Source: an uncultured virus (IMG/VR IMGVR_UViG_3300033153_002864)
Taxonomy: Duplodnaviria; Heunggongvirae; Uroviricota; Caudoviricetes
Reading direction: 5' to 3' (one strand)
DNA: 64,000 nt
Virus record (IMG/VR): IMGVR_UViG_3300033153_002864
A model generated the notes under the pieces. It had not been told where the DNA came from. It saw nothing but the letters and a program-made list of their open reading frames with translations, and searched no databases. Made by a program: the position numbers and the translations under genes. How positions within the stretch are numbered: the stretch's first letter is position 1; each line of letters starts with the position of its first letter. Below are positions 58,764 through 64,000 of this stretch, piece after piece.

Positions 58764-59217
58764 TTACCGCCTCCTTATTAAGTGTTCTTATTTTTGCTTG
58801 GCGTTCAGTAGGTCTTATTGGTCTACTTTCAATACACTCAGCATTTTCATCAAATACATACATAAATCCATTCTCTTGGTCATCTACGTAATACAAAGTT
58901 CCATTACGAAATTCAGACTTATGTTTAATTGCAGAGAGAAGTTCTTTCTTATCAATGTTAGGTTCTTTTAACCTTTCCTTGAAAACATCAACAGCTTCCT
59001 TCTTTTCAACTTCAATTGTATCGATACTGATACAAACATCTGAAAGCTCAGCTCGTTTAGCAGTTACTTCTTCATCTTTTAGGATTTTGGTATATCCATC
59101 CTCTTTTACATCATAGGCAAGACTCTCTAAAGTGTCTCTTCTTGAGTTTAACGGTTGTTGGGCTATATCTTCTTGATATACATCTCCGACTTCAAATTCA
59201 CGTTTCTTTTCTGACAT
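58756..59217 (-). CDS. conserved Bacteroidota phage coiled-coil protein
   Basis: ESRPIRPTERQ C-terminal motif; paired with 58017. Confidence 0.65.
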   Translation of the reverse strand: MSEKKREFEVGDVYQEDIAQQPLNSRRDTLESLAYDVKEDGYTKILKDEEVTAKRAELSDVCISIDTIEVEKKEAVDVFKERLKEPNIDKKELLSAIKHKSEFRNGTLYYVDDQENGFMYVFDENAECIESRPIRPTERQAKIRTLNKEAVNG

Positions 59218-59243
59218 GATTTTTATTTAGGTTAATAATTAAT

Positions 59244-59657
59244 TTACTTTTTTTGCATCTTAAGAACTATGTCCAATCCACTAATGTCTAGAGTCTTGTC
59301 CATTTTATCTCCAAACATATTGTTATAGTCATCAAGCATTATAATTGCTCTATTAAGTGCTCCTAACAATACATCATTAGATTTGGCACTTTCCAATATT
59401 TGAAGGTGTTCAAAGATAGTTTCTATATCATAACAATAAACGAAAACTTTACTAAAGCAATCACCATCATACATGACATATACTTTGTTTATTATAAATC
59501 CTTGCTTAATAGCTATTCTATTAATTTCTCTTTCAATCTCAAATTCTATAGGCTCTTGATTTCCTGGCATTGAGAATTTAAACTTAATAAGTCCAACAAT
59601 TTTTTCTTCCTTAAATTTCTTTAGTAATGGCTCTATTACTGGTTTTAAATTTTTCAT
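59244..59657 (-). CDS. hypothetical protein
   Basis: ORF track. Confidence 0.55.
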   Translation of the reverse strand: MKNLKPVIEPLLKKFKEEKIVGLIKFKFSMPGNQEPIEFEIEREINRIAIKQGFIINKVYVMYDGDCFSKVFVYCYDIETIFEHLQILESAKSNDVLLGALNRAIIMLDDYNNMFGDKMDKTLDISGLDIVLKMQKK

Positions 59658-59763
59658 TAGTTATCTTTTGATATGAATAATTGATTCATTTTATGTTCAA
59701 ATTCAATGAACAAAAGTTCTATTTCAAGACATCCTACTTCAATAATATCTTCTGTTTCCTGAT

Positions 59764-60126
59764 TCATGTCGTAGTTCCTCCAGATAATAATTCTGCATGC
59801 AACCATTTAAGTTGAACACTCATTTGAATATGAACTTTTTCAGAAGCTTCAATAAGTCTTCGTAACATATACAATTCAGGATGTTTTACATTAGCTGTAT
59901 TTGTTGCTGCATTAACTTTTTCTCCTTGATTTCTTAATGAGTAAATAGTAGATTCAAAAGCGTTATGTGCCTGAGCTCTATATTTTTCTAAAAAGAACAT
60001 ATTTGAAGCAAGGGCATTTCCCATTGTCAAAAGTCCTTCAGGATGATGGTCTTCGGTATCATTAAATTCTTCAATTATTGAAGTTACCTTTTCCACAATT
60101 TCATTCATTTTTATCGCATCTGTCAT
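59764..60126 (-). CDS. helical hypothetical protein
   Basis: ORF track. Confidence 0.6.
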   Translation of the reverse strand: MTDAIKMNEIVEKVTSIIEEFNDTEDHHPEGLLTMGNALASNMFFLEKYRAQAHNAFESTIYSLRNQGEKVNAATNTANVKHPELYMLRRLIEASEKVHIQMSVQLKWLHAELLSGGTTT

Positions 60127-60178
60127 AAGCTATGATTTTAAATTACAGAGAGCCACTAAGTGACTCTCTGTATTCTTT

Positions 60179-60832
60179 TTAAAATGGTAAATCATCAACT
60201 GGTCCTGCAGGCGGTTGAGTTGCTGCGGGCATTTCATTATTCGCTGATGCATCAGCTTGAGCAACTGGTGCTACTGGTGCAACTACTTGAGGATTATCTC
60301 TATTCCACTTTTCTAACTCTGCAGCTAATTTAATTTGACCTTTTTCATCTAAATTACTTCTCAAGTAAGATTGATTTCCTTTAATTTCTCCATCAGCTGG
60401 AGCACTAAAAGAATATTCTACTTTGGTTCTAATCTCAGGCTTATTGTTATTATTACCATCAACACCAATGTATTCAACTTCCTTGAATAAAGCTTTAACT
60501 TGCTTACCCATTGCAGATTTAATAGTATTCTCTCCTCCTAAAGCCCAATCAGCTCCCGCATTTGAAAATAACTCTTTAATCCTTTTTAACTTCCATTCTT
60601 TAGAGCCGTCACTATCTGTTGGTCTTACTCTATATAATCTTGAACTGTTAATGGCTTTCGCATCACTAACTGTTTCAAATGTCACTTCAATATAAGGACA
60701 TCCATTAAAACTAGCATCTGTTGGAGACATTTTGTAACTCTTTAAAGTTACTAGTTCAACACACGCTTTATTTATGTAGTTACCACCTAATTCGGCTTTT
60801 TGTACATCTTTCATTTCATCATCAAAACTCAT
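60179..60832 (-). CDS. single-stranded DNA-binding protein (DUF669-like)
   Basis: Follows the Sak4-like ATPase; P/A-rich linker and DDLPF C-terminus. Confidence 0.75.
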   Translation of the reverse strand: MSFDDEMKDVQKAELGGNYINKACVELVTLKSYKMSPTDASFNGCPYIEVTFETVSDAKAINSSRLYRVRPTDSDGSKEWKLKRIKELFSNAGADWALGGENTIKSAMGKQVKALFKEVEYIGVDGNNNNKPEIRTKVEYSFSAPADGEIKGNQSYLRSNLDEKGQIKLAAELEKWNRDNPQVVAPVAPVAQADASANNEMPAATQPPAGPVDDLPF

Positions 60833-60843
60833 AATATTCTTTT

Positions 60844-61566
60844 TTAGTTATTAGTTCCATTTAATTCTTCTACCGTAGGCTCTATTTCCTCTGGTGTAGG
60901 AGCTTCTGTTACAGGAGCTTCATCTTCCGCATAATATGCTTCAATGTGTTTAATCACTTCGGCAATATCATTTGGCATTCTTAATGGTAACATATCCATA
61001 GGGGATTTGATACCAGTGTTCTCATATCCAGCTTGTTTATTAGTAACAAATTGATACTCAGAACCTTTTTCAGTTGTAATCATATCAGTATATAATACCA
61101 TTACAAACTCTTTTTCAACTTGCTTTTTCAGCTTTCCTTGAACATATACATATCTCTCCTCTACTCCATTAGATCCTTCAATTACACCATCTATTCCTAG
61201 GAATATAATGTACTTGTCAGTTCCTTTAGATAAGCGAAGAATACGATTGATTTCATCAGCGTAATCACTCCATATATCATAACCTGTATATGCAGCTTTA
61301 GACTTAATGTATTGATGTTCTACCATTGAGGTAAAAGATTCAATTACTATTACTTTGGCTACTGTTGATGCTATCGCTCTTTCAAATGCAACATGAAATT
61401 CACTCATATTGGCAATAGGTACATTTAGCTTAAACTTCTGTCCTGACTTAAATGGCAGGGCTTTCTGTTCTGTGTTTAAAATGATAGTTGTTGTTGGGTC
61501 AAGATTTCTTAAAGATGTTGACTTACCAGAACCCGAAGGTCCAACTATAAAAATGTTTGGCTTCAT
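60844..61566 (-). CDS. AAA_24 / Sak4-like ATPase
   Basis: GPSGSGKSTSLRNL, IKSPMDML. Confidence 0.85.
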   Translation of the reverse strand: MKPNIFIVGPSGSGKSTSLRNLDPTTTIILNTEQKALPFKSGQKFKLNVPIANMSEFHVAFERAIASTVAKVIVIESFTSMVEHQYIKSKAAYTGYDIWSDYADEINRILRLSKGTDKYIIFLGIDGVIEGSNGVEERYVYVQGKLKKQVEKEFVMVLYTDMITTEKGSEYQFVTNKQAGYENTGIKSPMDMLPLRMPNDIAEVIKHIEAYYAEDEAPVTEAPTPEEIEPTVEELNGTNN

Positions 61567-61570
61567 TAAA

Positions 61571-61843
61571 TTAATTTTTGAAGATTAGAAAATTGGTTCC
61601 TTGAGGATCAACAATTACATCATGTATTACTTGGTGCAATTCGATACTACTCAAACCTGTTAATTGATTTATTCTACTTTTTTTTAACTCAGAATGTTCG
61701 CAAACTTTCTGAATTTCGTCATCACTATCTATTTTGTCAATTACTCTATTGGTACTTAATAGATGTGGTATTAATTCACACCCTTTTTTACCGCCATATG
61801 ATAGTCGGTTTATAAGGGTTATTCTGCTTTTAAGTCTAGACAT
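61571..61843 (-). CDS. hypothetical protein
   Basis: Start adjusted to MSRLK, just downstream of a promoter. Confidence 0.55.
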   Translation of the reverse strand: MSRLKSRITLINRLSYGGKKGCELIPHLLSTNRVIDKIDSDDEIQKVCEHSELKKSRINQLTGLSSIELHQVIHDVIVDPQGTNFLIFKN

Positions 61844-61850
61844 AACAATA

Positions 61851-61881
61851 CAAATGTACAAAAAATACACAAATAAAACAA
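61851..61881 (-). promoter_or_regulatory. Bacteroidota sigma-70 promoter
   Basis: TTG-N20-TACATTTG on the minus strand. Confidence 0.6.
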
Positions 61882-61882
61882 G

Positions 61883-62152
61883 CTATTTTTTATACTTTTT
61901 ACCATAAGCTGTTTTTTTATCTTTTCGCTTTCTTAAATTAATGTTTTTACTTTCTTTTTTCACTTTTCGCTTGTAATGAGATGATAATTTAAGGACAAAA
62001 AAGCCCTTTATGTTTATCTCCTCGTTACGAAGCATTAACTGTCTTAATCCAAAGTAAAACTTCCTAATAATTAGGTGTACTACTTTAGGGTCTAAATCAG
62101 TCTTTTTAGAAATTTCAGCAATAATTTTGCTGTGTTTATACTTCTTTCTCAT
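61883..62152 (-). CDS. HU/IHF-family DNA-binding protein
   Basis: IIAEISKKT...EEINIKGFFVL. Confidence 0.7.
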   Translation of the reverse strand: MRKKYKHSKIIAEISKKTDLDPKVVHLIIRKFYFGLRQLMLRNEEINIKGFFVLKLSSHYKRKVKKESKNINLRKRKDKKTAYGKKYKK

Positions 62153-63570
62153 TATGAAAATTCTTCACTGTTAGGTAAATCTCCTAGTTGATCATGCTTT
62201 AGCAATTTCATTTCTTCGTAGCTATTACTCATAAATTTGGCTTTGCTAGATTGAAATGCTATTTCAACCATTCCCATACCCGTAGACCTTCCTTTAGCAA
62301 ATATCAATTCAGCATATTCAATGTTTGGAATACCACCCTGGATATTAAAATAAGCAGGTCTATGTACAAAACATACCATATCGGCATCTTGTTCAATAGC
62401 TCCTGATTCTCTTAAATCTCCTAGCGTTGGTCTTTTATCAGACCTTTGATGAATTGCTCTATTAATCTGAGATAAGGCTATAATAGGGATTTTAAGTTCT
62501 AAAGCTAGATTCTTAAATTCTCTTGATATAATAGCTACTTCATTCTCTCGATTAGAAGGTTTGCCCATATCGCAAGTTATTAGCTGTAGATAATCAATCA
62601 TTATAAGTTTAACCTTATGTCTAATGACAAACTTTCTAATCCTATTAGAAATATGAGAAAGCTTTCTTGAACGGTCATCAATCCAAAACTTCTTATTTTC
62701 AAATTGTCCAATAACCGTATCAAGTCTTTTTCTTTCATCTGTAGATATTAATCTTTGTCTTATTTTACTTAAATCAATATCAGCTTCTACGGCATACATT
62801 CTGTTTAATAATTGGGTTTGCCCCATTTCTAAAGAGAAGATTGCTACCTCAGTATCGTGTGTAATTTGATTTTTAAAGATTTCAAGAGCTAGTGCTGTTT
62901 TACCCATTGATGGTGCTGCAGCTATTATTATTAGTTCAGTAGGCTCAAAACAATAGATAAACTTATCTACTACTGCTATGTGCGACTGCACCAATATATC
63001 TCCTTTCTTCTTAGGCTCTAAACTTGCGTAAACTTCTTTGTTTGCTTTGTTTATATCAAACTCTTCAATATCTCCCATTTCCTGAATATCAACTATAGTT
63101 GTACTGATTCTATTAACCGTATCTTGAGGGTCAACCATATCATTACAATCTTTATTAATATCTTCGGCCAGTACTGTTAATGCTCTTCTTTTTGCATATC
63201 CATTTAAGATCTCTACATGTTGCAATAAGTGATTATCTGAGTCAATTCTTTCACAAATACCGTTGAGGTGAACAATAAGGTCAAAACCTTTCTTCACTCC
63301 ATACATAATATCAACATACTTTTTTTGAATAAGTTTGTCGGTAACGGTAGCTATGTCAATTTTAGATACTTCTGAAAGCTCTTTAATGGCTTGATAGATG
63401 TATCTATTTTCTGTAGATGAAAACTCATTAATCGTTAATTGGTCTGCAACTCTAAAGTATGATTCTGGATAGTTTACAAATGTTGCTAAAACGACTTCTT
63501 CTACATCAGCATTAGACTGACCTATAAATTCGCTTTTACTCATTAAATTAAATTGTAATTTATCATTCAT
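62152..63570 (-). CDS. dnaB: replicative DNA helicase DnaB
   Basis: AAAPSMGKT, FSLEM, IDYLQL, LSQINR, DLRESGAIEQDAD. Confidence 0.96.
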   Translation of the reverse strand: MNDKLQFNLMSKSEFIGQSNADVEEVVLATFVNYPESYFRVADQLTINEFSSTENRYIYQAIKELSEVSKIDIATVTDKLIQKKYVDIMYGVKKGFDLIVHLNGICERIDSDNHLLQHVEILNGYAKRRALTVLAEDINKDCNDMVDPQDTVNRISTTIVDIQEMGDIEEFDINKANKEVYASLEPKKKGDILVQSHIAVVDKFIYCFEPTELIIIAAAPSMGKTALALEIFKNQITHDTEVAIFSLEMGQTQLLNRMYAVEADIDLSKIRQRLISTDERKRLDTVIGQFENKKFWIDDRSRKLSHISNRIRKFVIRHKVKLIMIDYLQLITCDMGKPSNRENEVAIISREFKNLALELKIPIIALSQINRAIHQRSDKRPTLGDLRESGAIEQDADMVCFVHRPAYFNIQGGIPNIEYAELIFAKGRSTGMGMVEIAFQSSKAKFMSNSYEEMKLLKHDQLGDLPNSEEFS

Positions 63571-63633
63571 ATTATCTAAATTTTTAATTCAAAGAGCCAC
63601 AAAGAACTTTCGTTCCTTGCAACTCTTTAGTTT

Positions 63634-64000
63634 TTACATTAATAATCCTTGACCATTATCATCAAAACTTGGAATATCTTCAATATATTGAATTTCTTTA
63701 GGTTTTTCAGATTTCGGTTGAGGTTTAGCTTTTGGCTGATATTTAGCCATTTCCTCCTCATACATACCTTCTGGTAGCCAATTCTTTTGAGCTGCCGCCC
63801 TAATGTTGAATTGTTCCCATAGTTTTTTATCCTTAAACCTTAAATGTGCTGTACCTTTCTTATAAAACTTAATTTCAAAGAACTCGCTTTCACAAGTATT
63901 ATCAAACTTATCTCCTGTTTTAACTTTTCCAATCTCTTTAAATTTAATTTGCAAAGCATCAGTCATAAGTCTAATATTATTATAGTCTTTACCTGTAATG
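63634..64000 (-). CDS. 3' part of a DUF4942-domain protein (usually methyltransferase-associated)
   Basis: FFEIKFYKKGTAHLRF...WEQFN; frame open to the window edge. Confidence 0.7.
   Translation of the reverse strand, partial: ITGKDYNNIRLMTDALQIKFKEIGKVKTGDKFDNTCESEFFEIKFYKKGTAHLRFKDKKLWEQFNIRAAAQKNWLPEGMYEEEMAKYQPKAKPQPKSEKPKEIQYIEDIPSFDDNGQGLLM

Noticed and set aside
437..60695. Many antisense or nested ORFs in the track (e.g. 437+, 6347+, 14069-, 25823-, 29858-, 48604-, 60423+)
   Set aside because: Shadow ORFs of well-supported genes with biased F/S/L/I composition.

Overview
64 kb of an AT-rich, standard-code crAss-like (Crassvirales-type, podoviral) phage genome, probably infecting a Bacteroidota/Flavobacteriia host (TAnnTTTG promoters, no Shine-Dalgarno pattern). 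Layout: (i) 1-4007, leftward small accessory/early genes, starting with an array of attC-like gene cassettes (1-742) and punctuated by a family of RNA hairpins; (ii) 4008-4766, a non-coding switch region with four tandem 23-bp palindromes resembling flavobacterial Fur boxes, plus a skew flip and G-tracts; (iii) 4767-8601, small genes including a Tad1-like anti-defence sponge; (iv) 8761-54556, the rightward virion module: terminase, portal, scaffold, MCP, ring and muzzle proteins, cargo proteins, a 2953-aa virion RNA polymerase (DHDGD motif, zincin and FtsK-gamma-like domains), collagen-like fibres, a DUF5675 protein and lysis genes; (v) 54607-64000, the leftward replication/recombination module (PD-(D/E)XK nucleases, SSB-like, Sak4-like ATPase, HU, DnaB, partial DUF4942 gene). 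The most notable signals are the phage-borne integron-like cassette array with inverted ORFs and the tandem Fur-box-like array. All protein calls come from motif recognition and synteny by eye; no database search was run.
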